64,000 bases of DNA from Podospora anserina (GCA_017654855.1 CM030333.1:4588001-4652000); one strand, 5' to 3'; counted from the stretch's first letter, positions 11,586-24,883 are shown. Notes: generated by a model from the sequence alone, not told the origin. A program made the numbers and translations.

Positions 11586-14006
11586 GCTGTGAAAGAGGCC
11601 TCACAATGGGCGAGTATTTTCTCAAGCGGTTATCTCTTTTGGAGGCACAACAACCTGGAACGTGTACAGCGGTGCTTCTTCATGGAATAGATTAGAGCGT
11701 TGATGTTGTACAAAGGTGGTCTGAGATACATATATACATATAAATTACACAAACTACTCTGGCCAGGTCGAGTTGGTCTCGAAAAGTTACCTGACTGTGA
11801 TCGCGGGAGATGTGCATGCAGAAACGCCCAGGCTTGTCCTCCGCCTTGCTTTTACGTGGTAGGGGAAGGCCTCGTGGCATACCGCCAGGCCTTGACCGAG
11901 TCGGCATCGGATCAAATCCAGATGACTAAAACGCCTGAGAGGGGCAACACAGCATCTGCGCCTCTGGCTAGCTGTTCATGTTGCGGCAACCCAAATAAAA
12001 CACGAATAAATAACAGGATCTGGAATTTCAGGACACCGAGATCGGAACATTCTTCCCTGAATGATGTTCACTCGGTGGGAAATCAGTTTCGGCTGGTATA
12101 TATCTGCCTCCTGTTTCTGCCTCTAACAGCACTTGAGAATGGGAAATGGAAATCTTTTCACAAACAAAACAGCCTCGGTCTACGAGAGGAGATACGAATA
12201 GCCAGACCGTCTGGTGGATGCCCCGCCGTCTGGAAGCGAGTTTCGGGTCAGATGATTGGTAAACGGGAGCACAAGGCAGCTTGACTTTATATATACGACT
12301 CTGATGAGCTGTACACCGTCCTGCGCGGACCATGGGGCCTGTACCACTTACAGCCTGATCTCTTCATGCAGCCAGCATCCAGCCCGGTCTGGAATGCTTG
12401 ACACGTATGCGAGAAGTTAAGGGCGTGACAGAGGGGATCAGCCTCTCAGAGTAGGGATGCGGCATGAAAAAGGCTAAGACGTCGTCGGCCCTTTAAAACA
12501 GGTCGACGTAATCCTTGCCGCCGCTCACCATCAGGTGGCCCCTTGCAAGACTTGCTCGAGCTGTCAGTGGCCAATAGAGGCTCGTGATCAGATGCAAAGT
12601 GCATTTCCAGTGCATCTCCAAAAGAGGTGCGTGGTAGGCTCCGAGTCGATCTGACGGGATGGGAAAGTGGGGAGCTTGACGTGCTGCATGGGACTGGGGC
12701 GTTTTTCCGCTTGGCTGGGGGCGGGTCCTGATTTACCCCACCTAGGTCGCCCAGCACAGCAACCAACGCAACTCCACGTGAGGGGTCAGCTCCCAAGGTG
12801 CCGCCCAGATAGGCTTTCGAGGTTCCATTTTCCTTATCGCGCTCTAACAATGCTGCGGTATCGCGGGGATAACTCCCATGGGCCCATTCTGACCCCCATT
12901 TGACATGGACCGGACCGTGTTTGCTTGCTTTCCGAGTGCGTCAACAAAGTGTCGTCCTGTTCCCACAGAACTGCATGAGATATAAGAGCCATCATCCCGA
13001 CACTCGCGCCCCGTCATCGTCGTCATCACCGCCATCCGCCAGCCAGCAGCCTCCACCCCTCAACCATCAACCAGCACATTCGACAGCCTTCTCAGATAGC
13101 TGACATATCGAATTGGAATTATTCAATCTAATCCAAGGCAAGTGGTGACAGCCTTGAGTGGCTCCCATACCCGCGCCCAGATCACTCCAAAAAGAGCCAA
13201 CAGCCTGTCCCAGACAAAGAAGGGTGACGACACGACGGCCACCTGACAAACAATTCATTTGACCGGACTACCATTGTGGGTTTGGTCTGCGCAGAACATA
13301 GGCAGCCCCAAAGGACGAGTCCCAGAGCCGTCAGATCACTCTGCTGTAAATACCGCCATGTTTGTTAGCGGGCACGGTCTCTTGATGCACCCCAGTGTTT
13401 GGGCCAACCTTATCCATGAATAACACGGGAGAAGTATCGCTGACCGCCTCCTGTTAGTCGTCCCGTAGGTCTCACCCATTTGACCGCCCAAGCGCCAGCT
13501 GTTCGCCTCTTTACGACAGCCGTTTGCCTCCTGGAATTACGAGGCGCCCCATCTGCCTAGATAGCTAGCCTACCAACCACCAGGTACTTCATACCTACCT
13601 TTGTTGGGCAACACCACCCCCTACGTCCAATCCCCCCCAGCTTTCACTTGACTTCCTTACCTTACTGCCTGAGGCCCGTCTGTCTGTGGTCATTGCGTCG
13701 CTCCCCTCCAAAGCTTCCGACCGACCATCCCATTTTGTCCCTATCTCCCCCCTTCCTTCCTTCCTCTCATCCATCCTCCTCGCAAGAGCATCCAGCTCTT
13801 TCAATCACCGGCCTCGACTTTCAACACCAGTCCCCGCCGCTTACAATTGTACACCACAGCATACAAGTAATCCCCGATCTTCCGGACCGATACCTCCCAG
13901 TTGGACATCCAGTCCTGCCTCCCCAGACTTTGTCCGCTGCAATCGGATCATCAAGGGAGGGCAATCATTACGACACCTGTCTTGCTCACGAGCAGCATTT
14001 TAGGTC

Positions 14007-14216
14007 GTGAGTCGCTCCCGCTCTTTGGCTTTTGACACATGCAACCAACACCCCCGCCTCACGTCCAGTCAGCATGTGGTCTGTGCCGCTGGGACAGCCT
14101 CTCCGCTCTTTCTCTCACCTGCCCATCATCTCGACCATCAACACCGCCATCCACAACATTGCTGTTTCTTCAAAAGCATCAGTTTTCATCGCTTGCTAAC
14201 TGATATCTGCCCCCAG
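14007..14216 (+). other. Probable 5'-UTR intron of NBR1
   Basis: GTGAGT donor at 14007, GCTAAC branch site, and CCCCAG acceptor ending 6 nt before the ATG at 14223. Confidence 0.6.
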
Positions 14217-14222
14217 GCAATC

Positions 14223-16892
14223 ATGTCCGCCGCCACTATGGCCCCTAACATGGCGGCAGCTCCTCAGGTCACGCCAGCTACTCTTGTCACCCTCAAAGTC
14301 AGCTATCATGGCTCAACCCGCCGATTCAAGCTCCCTCTGCGGGAAATGGTTCCTGCGTTTCTGGAAAACAGGGTGAGTTTGGCCGTCGCTCGACTTGACA
14401 ACGATGATACTGATGGCTCTGGATAGATCCGAGGAGTTCTGAACATTCGCCCCGATGCCGATGTTGTGTTTGAGAGATACTCCGACTCTGCCACCTCTTA
14501 CGTAGTGCTGGACAAGGCCAACACCTCAGTATACAAGCAGCTCTACCGTGCTGCTAAAGCTAAGCAGAAGCTCAGGCTTCGTGTGACAGTGAAGGAGACA
14601 CCAGCACAAGCATCCCTCGATTCGCTCATTCAAGCTGCCGAGCCCGCTGAAACCCCCGTGGAGAAGGTTGCCGAAGAGCCTGTCGAAAAGCCAACTCTGC
14701 CGATTCCGAAAGAGTTGATTGAGGCCAGAATTGCCGAAGCCAAGGCTGCCGTGGCCGCCAGGGAAGGACCTAAGCCTGCTTCGGTGGCCGATGAGGTTGA
14801 GGAAGAAGCACCTGCAGCAGTCTCGAGCCCTGCCGAAACTTCCGAGGAGATCGAGCAACCTACACCCGTCGAGCCAGTCCAACCTCTGAAGATCCCAGAC
14901 GCCGTCCTCGCTGATTACGAATTGGCCATTTTGAAGTTGGAGCAACAGAGTCAGGCACGTTTCGCTGCCGAGATGAACCTCGTGCCCCCTGCTATCAGGT
15001 CAAACTATGCTGTCTGCTGTAACAGCTGCGACAAGAATGTTCCTGACATGCATTATCACTGCTCAAAGTGCGACGGCGGCGATTTCGATCTCTGCTCGGG
15101 GTGTGTGGATCAAGGTGTCGCTTGCTACGGCGCTGACCACTGGTTGATCAAGCGGTTCATCAAGAACGGCGTTATCATCAACAGCACCACCGAGACGCTG
15201 CCTCCCAAGCAGGTCAAGCAAGCAGCTCCTCCCTCCCCTCCATCTCCCCCAAGCCCTGCGGCCGAGAAGCCATCCACCCCCTCAGCTTCAGAGCGCATCA
15301 TTCCCATTTTCAACGGCCTCGCCTACTCCAGCATGCGCACTTGCAACTGCTGCGTCCGGGAGCTCCCCGAGGTGGACTTTGTCCACTGCTCGACCTGCGA
15401 GGATTATGACCTTTGCCGAAGTTGTTTCGCCAAGAACACCCATGGTCACCACCCCAAGCACACCTTCGTTGCCGCTGTTGAGGGCACACGCTTGGAGCCT
15501 GATGTGGCTCGCCGTCTCGGTGCTGGCCGTGGCCAAAAGCACAATGCCATTTGCGATGGTTGCGATACTAACATTCGCGGCATCCGTCACAAGTGCCTGA
15601 ACTGTCCTGACTGGGATTATTGCAGCGAGTGCATGGCGAACGCCTCTTTTATTCACCCCGGTCATCGGTTCGTGCCCATCTACGAGCCACTCGAGTACGC
15701 CGGTATTTCCGACTTGTTCGCCCGCCCTACTCACCAGGGTATCTGTTGCGACGGCCCCCTCTGCTCAGTTAACCGCAACAACTACACCTACATCACGGGA
15801 GACCGTTACAAGTGCGCTGTTTGCAATGATACCGACTTTTGCGAGGCTTGCGAAGCCAGCCCTGCCAACACCCACAACAAAACTCATCCTCTCATCAAGT
15901 TCAAGACGCCCGTTAGACACGTCAGCGTCACCACCACAGGAGAAAATGAGAACGGCCGTGCCATCCCTACCATGGGAGATCGCCGTCCTCGTGTGACCAC
16001 TTCTCGAGCCACCGAGACTGTCAACGCCCCTGTGCTGTCGTCTTCCAACGTGCAGACTGTCATTGACGTGAAGCCCGTGGAGCACGAGATCAACAAGGAG
16101 GTGGAGGAGAAGCCTGCTGAGAAGGTCGAGATCAAGACTAAGACGACCGAGGTGAGGCCTGTGGAGCAGGTTGCTCCTGCCGCTCCAGCTGAGCTCGTCG
16201 CCGTGTTCGTCAAGGACACCGTTGCTGATGGCACCGTCATGGAGCCCAACCACGTCTTTGAGCAGACCTGGATTCTTCGCAACGAGGGCAAGACAGCGTG
16301 GCCCGCTGGCTGCTCTGTCATGTTTGTTGGCGGCGACTATATGGGTCATGTTGACTCGACTCACCCGGCAGCTACCCAGGACCTCCGTGCGTCCAACGTC
16401 TCGACTGTATGCTATTCCCCCATCCTCCCAGGAGAGGAATTCCCCTTCACCGTCTTGCTCAGAACTCCTCTGCGCACCGGAAGAATTGTTTCCAACTGGC
16501 GTTTGACCACTCCCGATGGTCTCAAGTTCGGCCATCGCCTATGGTGCGACGTCAAGGTCGAGCACCCCAAGTCGGTCGCTCCTGTTGTTTCCGAGCCAGT
16601 GAAGGAGGAGCGCGAGGTCATCGCCAAGCCCGAGCCTGCGCTTGCACCCAAGGAAGAGGTTCAGCTTCACCAGAGCCAGATGATCTTCCCCAAGCTTGAG
16701 AAGGAATCGCCCGTCTCCAGCTTGCACGAGGATGACAAGTCTGAGTCGGCGGTTACGTACGAGCAGTACGAAGACTGCGAGGATGATGACTGGGATGCTG
16801 CCGAGTCGGAGGAGGGATTCATGACCGACGAAGAATACGACATCCTCGATGCTTCCGACGAGGAATACTCCGAGGCTCATACTCGCAAATAA
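14223..16892 (+). CDS. NBR1: NBR1-like selective autophagy receptor (PB1-like N-terminus, four ZZ zinc fingers, FW/NBR1 domain, acidic C-terminal LIR), ~871 aa; exons 14223-14372, 14427-16892
   Basis: TLKVSYHGSTRRFKLPL; four CxxC...CxxC..DxDLC/YC ZZ units; FW domain FVKDTVADGT...FEQTWILRNEGKTAWP...WRLTTPDGLKFGHRLWCDV; tail EEYDIL. Intron 14373-14426 (GTGAGT...TAG). Confidence 0.9.
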
Positions 16893-17697
16893 GTATTCAG
16901 CAACAGTATCTCGATGGATCATGACATGAACTCCTGTCGCCCGGCTCGACCCGCGAACAACCACCCCGTGGTTTCTTAGGTAACCATGGCGGGATGTACA
17001 CGAAATACTGTATATCACGGGACAATGTGCGAACGCTGGTACACGGTGAGCAGCTAGGCACATACTACTAGGCGCTGTATGGTGGAATAAGTTGGCCGGT
17101 CTATTTTGGGTTGATTTTGGTTTGCGGTTGGTTGGATGGCCATTCATTCTTTGCTGAGGAACTCAAAACAACCTTGATTAGGATTGCGGCTCGGTCAGGA
17201 GCACCAAAAACAAACCAGGCGGTCAACTCTTCTGGTTCGCACTGGCAGTTTTGAGGTGATCTCTTCCACCATTTTGCAAAGTGCGTGGGGCGAAACAGAA
17301 TCTAGGAGCCCAACACGGGCAAAAAGGGGTGGTATCATTCAGGGTTTGTCTGCCTTGTTTTTTCCTTGTCTTTTTTCTACTTTTACTTTTACTTTTACCG
17401 AAGATAACGTGGTCATGGGTTGAAATTAAGTCCCCTCTTTATTTTGCTTTGTCAAGTGCAACTTTTCGGGTCAGGCAGCTCAATTTCAGATTGTTATTCT
17501 CAGTTTTCACGATAAGTCACTCCGCAGTTAGGGAAAGGTTAGCGAATAGGAACAAATGAACCAATCATGACGAAGTCTTCGTCCGCTTCTTGTGTTGACT
17601 GTGGTTTTGAACACACAAATGGGTATACTATCTATTAGATATGAAAGTCTTCCAATCCCAACCTGATCATTACATTCCTAGAAGGAAAGGTTGCATT

Positions 17698-19008
17698 CTA
17701 CTCGAAAGTGGTCTTCTTGCCCGCCGGCGCAACAACCGCACCAGTAAGCCTAGCCACGTTGATATCTTGGTGGAACTTGGCCCCCTTGGCCTCCATCCTC
17801 CTCTCCTTCATCGGCACCCACACCTTCTTCTCCTTGACCTCTGCAACACCTTCACCACCAGCACCATTCTGCTCCCTCCTTTGGGCAGCGCCCTTCCCTC
17901 TGAACCTCTTTTGGTATCTCGTCTGGTCGTCCTCCGCCAGCTCAATCTTGAGCGTCCTGCCCAACAGCTGATTAACCCACCATTTCCTCGTCTTGACTCT
18001 GGGCTCCTCTTTTGGCACAGCCTTCTTTTTTGGCTTCTCCTCTTTCTCCTCATCATCATTGCCATCCTTTTCCTCCGCTTGCTTCTCCGTGCCGTCGTCG
18101 GCCTTGTCCTCCTCCTTCTCATCCACATCCATAAAATCCTCCACCGTGTCGACCGTCTCCTTGACCTTGACAAACCCCTTTACCGCCCACTGCGCCGCGT
18201 CCGTAGTCTCGAAATTCACCCACCCGTACCCCTTGCACTTGCCCGTATCCTCAAACGTAGCCACCTTCACCCATCTGATCGGCCCACACTTGTGGAAGTG
18301 TTCCCTCAGATCATCCTCCGTTACCTGGAAGGATAGATTCCCCACAAAGACCTTGGTTGATGTGCTCGCTGGAGTGGCGGTGGTAGCAGCGGTAGATGAC
18401 TTAGCCCCATTGGTGAGGTCAACAGGCGCGGGCTCTTCCTTCTTTTCTGGACGGCCCTCGAAGGACTTGGCGTCTTTGATGAGGACTTTGCGGCGGTACC
18501 ATTCCGTTTCTGAGAGGGCAATGGCCGCGACGTTGGCTTCAAAGGTGGCGAAATCGACGTAGGCAAAGCCGCGGTTTTCGGTGGGGTTTTTCGGACCGGC
18601 GCCGGGGGCCGAGGTGGGTTTGGCGGTGGGGAGGTGGACGCGGGTGATGTCGTCCAAAGTGATGGTGCCGCCCGAGTTGTCGACGAACCACTGTTTGAGT
18701 TCTGGCTTTGTGACTGTGAAGCGGAGGTTGCCAATCCAGATGCCGTAGGGGGAGCGTTCTTTCTTTTCCTTTTTGGTCTTATCGGTGTTGGGGGTGTCGG
18801 AGTCAGAGTTGGAGCCCTCGTCGTCAAATTTGGGCTTTGCCGGAAGGGATTTGCCCTTTTTGAGGAGACGTTTGGCCTTTTTGGAGGGGGGTTCGGGGAG
18901 GTTGACGTCCACTTCGATTTCGGTGAGGTCGGTCTTGCGCTTTTTGGAGGAGGTCTTGTCTTTCTTGACCTCGGGAGAGGAGGGTGGAGAGGATGAATCG
19001 GATGCCAT
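17698..19008 (-). CDS. NOP13: Nucleolar two-RRM RNA-binding protein, Nop13/Rnp24-like, ~436 aa
   Basis: RNP2/RNP1 pairs IWIGNL...NRGFAYVDF and VFVGNL...CKGYGWVNF, Lys-rich N-terminus, C-terminal ARLTGAVVAPAGKKTTF. Start placed at the ATG of MASDSS rather than the upstream GTG. Confidence 0.75.
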   Translation of the reverse strand: MASDSSSPPSSPEVKKDKTSSKKRKTDLTEIEVDVNLPEPPSKKAKRLLKKGKSLPAKPKFDDEGSNSDSDTPNTDKTKKEKKERSPYGIWIGNLRFTVTKPELKQWFVDNSGGTITLDDITRVHLPTAKPTSAPGAGPKNPTENRGFAYVDFATFEANVAAIALSETEWYRRKVLIKDAKSFEGRPEKKEEPAPVDLTNGAKSSTAATTATPASTSTKVFVGNLSFQVTEDDLREHFHKCGPIRWVKVATFEDTGKCKGYGWVNFETTDAAQWAVKGFVKVKETVDTVEDFMDVDEKEEDKADDGTEKQAEEKDGNDDEEKEEKPKKKAVPKEEPRVKTRKWWVNQLLGRTLKIELAEDDQTRYQKRFRGKGAAQRREQNGAGGEGVAEVKEKKVWVPMKERRMEAKGAKFHQDINVARLTGAVVAPAGKKTTFE

Positions 19009-19110
19009 TGTTATTGTGGTGGTAATGGTGGCAGTGGGAGAAAATGGGTTGTCTGGGATGGTCGAGGTTAGGACCGGTGATGTTCTCCAGTGCGCAAGCA
19101 GGCAAGATGG

Positions 19111-19158
19111 GAATTTTTGGGCAGTGTTGGAAATTTTACTTGAGCGATAAGCGATAAG
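19111..19158 (-). promoter_or_regulatory. Ribosome-biogenesis-type promoter motifs: RRPE-like AAAATTT/AAAAATT and tandem GCGATAAG (PAC-like)
   Basis: gaattttt at 19111, gaaatttt at 19130 and gcgataagcgataag at 19144-19158, 100-150 nt upstream of the Nop13-like ATG. Confidence 0.5.
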
Positions 19159-20407
19159 GAAACAAGCATCCGTCGATTGCGGGGGGCTCGGCAGGTAGCC
19201 GCACTTCCACCGACTGCTCCACACCCCGCTAGATCGCAGTTCAGCTTCAATGACGGCACCGGCCAGGTACACACGAACGACGGCCGCTGAGCTAATTTGT
19301 CTCGTGTAACCAGTCGGTTTGGTTGTACGGTAAGCCCTCGAGGAAGCTACAGTATATCACTCGTATAGAATAGAGCACTAGGGGTTATAGAATCACGAGT
19401 TTGACACAGCAACACAACAAGACTGGATCTTAATACATGCACATTTGCGCCGATGGAGTACACAACCATTGGATGACCCTCAAACACCGAGGTTGTCCCG
19501 CGGCCACACGCATTGTCAGGTAACAAACATGTCGGGTAGGTACCTGAGGTGTGCGATAATATAGGGATGTGGTATTCGTCATCAGGCGGTCATGGGGGAG
19601 GGTGTTTTGCGCCGCTCCCAAACATGCACCTCCTGAAGCTTCCGAAGAATGTAAGGGGCGGTTGCCAATCTTCTTCTTATGGCCTTCATGTAGAGCCCAT
19701 GGATCTTGATCTGGAAACTGGTCTCGTGGGACTGAAGTCAGTTCTTCCAGCCGTCTGTGACGGGCAACAAGCAAGCTGGATCCAAAGCTGGTGGATCCAT
19801 TGGTACCCGATCCGTTGCTAAGGTAAAGATCCCATTAAAACTCACGTGTTATTAATGGGGGTAGCTTGGCAGAGAACAAATGCAACAACAACAACAGGAA
19901 CCTTTTCACGTTAGACCGTTTTTGTTCCTCTGGCTAAAGAAAGACGCAGATGCAACAAACACTGCGTGCGCTGTTCCATGAAAAGACTGCATATGTGTGC
20001 AAGGCAGGAGACTGCCTCTTTGGGCTAGCACAGGCCCATCGCCAGCAAACCAGCAGCGGGCAAATTCCTCGTCGGCTCTCCACTCCGGCGCAGCCCTTGC
20101 TCCCCTAAACTTCCTTTGACCACCTCACACTTCACTTCCTGACTGGTCCGACCCAAGCCTGCGAGCCGGGGTCGCCTGGATGCTCTCTGGTCACTCTCCG
20201 CCGCACCTCCCTCAATTTTCCCATCCCACTCCACACAGACCGCCGCCTCTCATCTTCCTCCAATTCACCATCTGACATCTGGCAATCGGCGAGTCGTCCG
20301 CTCTGCTGTGCTGTCGACCAAACCCAACCAGACAAACCCTCGCAGTCCACAAACCCGACGTCGCTAAGCTGCAGAGGGACCTGCTTTGCTGCACCCGCAA
20401 CCGCACA

Positions 20408-21452
20408 ATGAACGCTGTGTTGTCACCGCAACCACCGATTTTCCCTCATCAGCACGAAACCACCCGGATCTCGCCCTCTCGATCCAGTACGTTTGAGTCC
20501 TCCCCTCCCTGCTTTGAGCCCGCCGTCCATGATGATGCACACACGCAAGCGGATCTTCCGCAGCCCAGCAACTGGTCCCCAGGTCCAATTTACTGACCCT
20601 TTCTCAGTGTCACCATATAACAACATGGCATCCAGAAAGAGGAAGGCCGACGACGATAACGACGACATGTCGGTCTCGCCCCTGAGCTCGCCAGCCCTTC
20701 CATCCAGACCGATTGTCAGGCCGTCAAAAAAGATCCGACAAGCCAACGACGACGTAGCCGCCCGCCCGCTGTCACTTCCCCGTCTTCTCGAAACTCTCAC
20801 CAACGACCAGCTCCGAACAGTCCTCCAAACCATCTGCGAACGACACCCCGATATTGGGCACGAGGTGGTCACTAGCGCGCCACGACCGACCGTCGCCTGT
20901 GCGCTCGATATCTTGGCCGGGTACCAGGAGAAGCTACACGATGCAACTCCACTTGGCCATACGAACTCCGACTATGCCTATTTCCGAGTGAAGCAACAGC
21001 TGGGCGCCCTCCTCGATGCCATTTCCGATTTCACGTCACAATTCCTCCCGCCGTTGGAGCAGCAGACAAACATATCATTGCAGTTTTTGGACGGTGTCAC
21101 CAAAGTCATTCACGAACTCCCCGACTGGGAAAACCAATCACATCGCCACCACAAGGATGCTGCGTACGATGAGATTTCGGCGGCATGGGCACTTGTCATC
21201 ACGGAAGCTTCAAAAAGGGGCGGAGGTTTTATCGTTCATACCGGAGGCTGGGACCAGAGGCTAGTAAAGCACAATCAACAGTCAGGAGGCAAAATGGGAC
21301 AGGCCATCAACGCCTTGGCGGTGGAAGTCGGATGGCAAGGACAGAACCCGATTACCGACACACCGGCTCCGTCCGGGAGGGACCCTAATTCGATCTTGAA
21401 CCAGCTTATTAACGGTGCATACGGTTCACCCGTTCGTGTTGGACCTTGGTAA
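20408..21452 (+). CDS. STS1: Sts1/Cut8 tethering factor for nuclear proteasome, ~307 aa; exons 20408-20486, 20608-21452
   Basis: SRKRKA NLS, RPLSLPRLLETL...ICERHPDI...APRPTV, SDYAYFRVK, FLPP.E, SLQFLD...IHELPDW and EASKRGGG. Intron 20487-20607 (GTACGT...TACTGAC...CAG). Confidence 0.9.
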
Positions 21453-22727
21453 ATAGCAACAATCTAGGTTGCTACTTCACCGGTTCTTACATTTAAAGAA
21501 GGGGCGTAAATCTTTGTGACGAAAAGCCTTTGCGACAATTTTCTTTACTAGCTATTTCCACTCTCGGGAAATGAAGGATTCAGGGGCGACAAGGGCATAG
21601 ACTTTGGGGTGCTGGTCATGGGGCGAGGGGTTCTGGCTTTTTTATTCTTTTTCTTTTTCTTTTGTTGGTTTACGCACACACACTCGGCGTTTTGCTGTTG
21701 TACTCCTTTATTATCGATATCCAGACAACAAGATTCTTCCTTTTCCTTACTCATCACCATGTACAGGGCAGGACGCAAGCAGGACCGATAAGGGTTTATT
21801 CATGGCTTTGAGCCATGGGAAACCTGCTTGTTGAGTTCTTTTCTTTTGTATTTAAGTATCCTTCTTATGTCTTTCGGTGTCTTTGGCTTGGAGTTATTGT
21901 TTGAGGGGAGGGTATGTACCGTGGCGTGGGTACAATGGGTGGATGGGAAGCAGCTCAGAAACTTTGTACAAAAACTGATGTTGCTTTGTTGTCTTTGCAG
22001 CCCCTTGTTTCTGGTGATTGTGGGCTGTGGTGTATGCAGAAGTACTTTTCTTCAGGCTGCTTCAATTTCATGGCGGTGGATCTGTTGATGTGGATTTGTT
22101 TTCCCTTCAATGTCTGGTTTGGTCTCTCTCTGTGTTGGACTGGTCATGGTGGACATGAGTGGTGGTCGGCATGCTGACCGACCAAGAAGGGATGGTCTGG
22201 AGTCTTGCTTTACATATATATATCTAAATAGAACATATCCATTTAGTTTCGTTTAGTGAGTTGTGGTGATCAATATAGTGATTCCTTATGGGGATATGAC
22301 GGTTCAGACGGTTGGTTTGGGGAGTTTGAAACACGACTCCTGATCTACGGATGGAGAGAGAAACAGAGGATGGAAAATAACTCAAAACTTGGCTGGCTGT
22401 GCGTTTCAGTTGTTGGGGTATTGGGGGGATCAACGGATAGAAGGTTACTGGCTATGCTATGGAGGGTCTTTACCCGGTTCAGAGCTTGTGGGTGTTGAAA
22501 CAAGATGTAAACCATCATGTTGTCAATAGAAAGTCACCAACTGCTTTGTTTGAAAGTGTCAAACAGGTTCTGAAAGATAGTAAGCCGCCCCATCCCAACT
22601 AATTTCTGTGGCTTATCTTCCCATTGCTTGCAGTGAACAAGGTCTGAGATATCAGTACCTCGGGGGTTGTTCATGAGGGGCACCAGCCAGGCAGTGGTGG
22701 TGAGCCCCACGTGACAGCCTGTAGACT

Positions 22728-22998
22728 ACGCGAATGCTCCACAAGGCTGCCTGGACCCACCCTCACCATTCCCCATGGGAATACAGTGCAAGCACGCGTC
22801 TGTTGCCTGCGCGCCGCCTGGAAGACGCCAAAAGGTTCCGCCAATTCCCACCACCGCCGAGCACACAAATTGGTCCTTCTCAGGAACAAAATCCTTCTTC
22901 GCATCGAACTCCCCAATATCCAGTTCATGCGATAGGAGATTTCCTCGACTCAGCCAAAATGCCTGCGTATGTTGATATTCTTGATCCGCATAACGCGT
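22728..22998 (+). promoter_or_regulatory. MCB-like elements (ACGCGA 22728, ACGCGT 22794, ACGCGT 22993 in intron 1) at RAD52
   Basis: Motifs seen directly. MBF/MCB control of repair genes is known from yeasts; function here is inferred. Confidence 0.4.
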
Positions 22999-24883
22999 CT
23001 GAATGACCTGCACCTTGACGGCCAAGATTGACTAACAACTTGTACTCTCAGTCCCGGCGACCAGCACACGAGCATTGTCAACCCTTTCGAGGACCAGAAG
23101 CCCGTGATCAATGAGTTTACAGCTCAGCAAATAGCTACTCTCCAAAGCCGGCTCGACAAGCAACTGGGTCCCGAGTACCTCTCCGTCCGCGCAGGCCCCG
23201 GCGGTTCAAAGCTCCACTACATCACCGCCGAAAAGGTCATTTCCCTCGCCAACGAAATCTTTGGCTTCAATGGGTGGTCGTCCAGCATTCAGAACTTTCA
23301 GATCGACTTTGTCGACGAGGATCCCAAGACCTTGAAAGTAAGTCTCGGGCTTTCGGTCATTGTACGAGTGACGCTCCGCGATGGGACCTACCATGAGGAC
23401 TTGGGATATGGGCACATCGAGAACTGCAGAGGAAAGGCGGCTGCGTTTGAGAAGGCAAAGAAGGAGGGGACGACTGATGCGCTCAAGCGGGCGTTGAGGC
23501 ACTTTGGCAATGTGTTGGGGAACTGCATCTACGACAAGGAGTACCTGAAGAAAATCGGGAGTATAAGGGCGGCCCCGACAAAACTCAACCAAGACAACTT
23601 ACATAGACACCCGGACTTTGTGAAGTCGACGACTGGGCCGGTTGCCGCACAAGTTGCTGCTCCTCCACAACCTCAGCCTGCCGCACCGGCGCCGGCACCC
23701 GCAGCAGCCCCAGCTCCCGCTCCGGCCGCCGCACCGGTGATTCCATCTTGTTAGTAGCTATCTCGTCTCAAAAGCTACTGTTGATCTGTGCTGACATGAA
23801 CTAGCGGTTTCCGCCGAGTCGTTTGAGGATTTTCTTGGTGAGCTCGATGAGGCCGACTTTATGATTAGTGAAGAGGGTCACCCAGACGAGGTTCTTATCA
23901 CCAACTCAGCATCCGATACAAGTACTGTTAGTGTCAGCGATAAGTCAGTAAGTAATGGCAGCACCGGGAATCAGATGCAACCTCCAGCAGCGAGGCCCCT
24001 TGCGAGAACTGGATCTGCTGGCACCAGTCAGTTCTCTCGGCCTCAACAGCAACCGCAGACCCCTAATCCGATGTCACGGACAAACGCCTTTGTTGGAGCG
24101 GGTACCCAGATGAACAGCAACAACAATAATGGTCCACGGCCATCGACAGGGCAGTTCACCTCCGGGAACCAGTTCAACCAGAACCGGCCTTCCATCCAAC
24201 AGAACAACAACTACAACCAACCACCTCGACCTCCTGTGGCCCAAAATGGTGCTCCCCAGACCAACGGTCAGAACAACAACACTGCCAACGGCAACAACAA
24301 CAACAACAACAACAACAACGCCGCTCCAGCCGTGGCCCCAGCGGAGGTCGGTTTCTTCTCGGCTCGGGCAGTGAAAGACATACCGGAAGACGCCCTCGTC
24401 GCTGGCCAGGTTACTCCCCTCAAGGCAGGAATGGGCTTCAACCCCCGTGCCGAAAGCCCTTCGATTCGCAAGACCCCCGGAATCGACCACAGCACATCCA
24501 AGCCCCTGTCAAGAAGCGGGCAGCATGTTCCCCCAACCAAGACGACCGAAACCAAACCAGCTAGCGGCCCTGTACCACGACCAGGAGGCACGGGTGTTGT
24601 CCCATATCAACGTCCAAGCATCGCCGGAGTTACGAATCCTCAGTTAGACTCTACAAGACGGATCGGGGTACCTGGTTCAGGACCGGGTAGCCCGCTAGCG
24701 AACAGGAACCAGTACCGGCCACCTACGATCAAGAGACCTGCCCCTGATGCCGGGAATGGCATTGGGCAACAGCAGAATGGCACGAGGGAGCCGTTGGCGG
24801 ATGGGAATAAGAACGCGCCGATTGTGCAGCAGGCGAATGGGGGGTTTCCGGGACCAGAGGCCAAGAGGCCGAGGGTTGCTTAG
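22959..24883 (+). CDS. RAD52: DNA repair and recombination protein Rad52/Rad22, ~594 aa; exons 22959-22966, 23052-23749, 23805-24883
   Basis: MPA|PGDQH start; LQSRLDKQLGPEYLS.RAG, LANEIFGFNGWSS, RVTLRDGTYHEDLGYG, AKKEGTTDALKRALRHFGNVLGNC; later FFSARA and FNPRAESPSIRKTPGIDH. Introns 22967-23051 and 23750-23804 (GTTAGT donor). Confidence 0.95.
24292..24319 (+). repeat. (AAC)n coding microsatellite, poly-Asn in Rad52
   Basis: About nine tandem aac units. Confidence 0.9.

Noticed and set aside
11692..13600. ORFs of 60-194 aa between the UPF0052 gene and NBR1
   Set aside because: Mostly non-ATG starts, no motifs and no codon pattern; treated as intergenic.
19009..19272. N-terminal extension of the RRM ORF from an upstream GTG
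   Set aside because: It covers promoter-like motifs; the ATG at 19008 has good context.
20529..20596. ATGATGA...CTGA in the STS1 intron as a C/D snoRNA
   Set aside because: The CTGA is the branch site itself, and I saw no terminal stem or rRNA complementarity.
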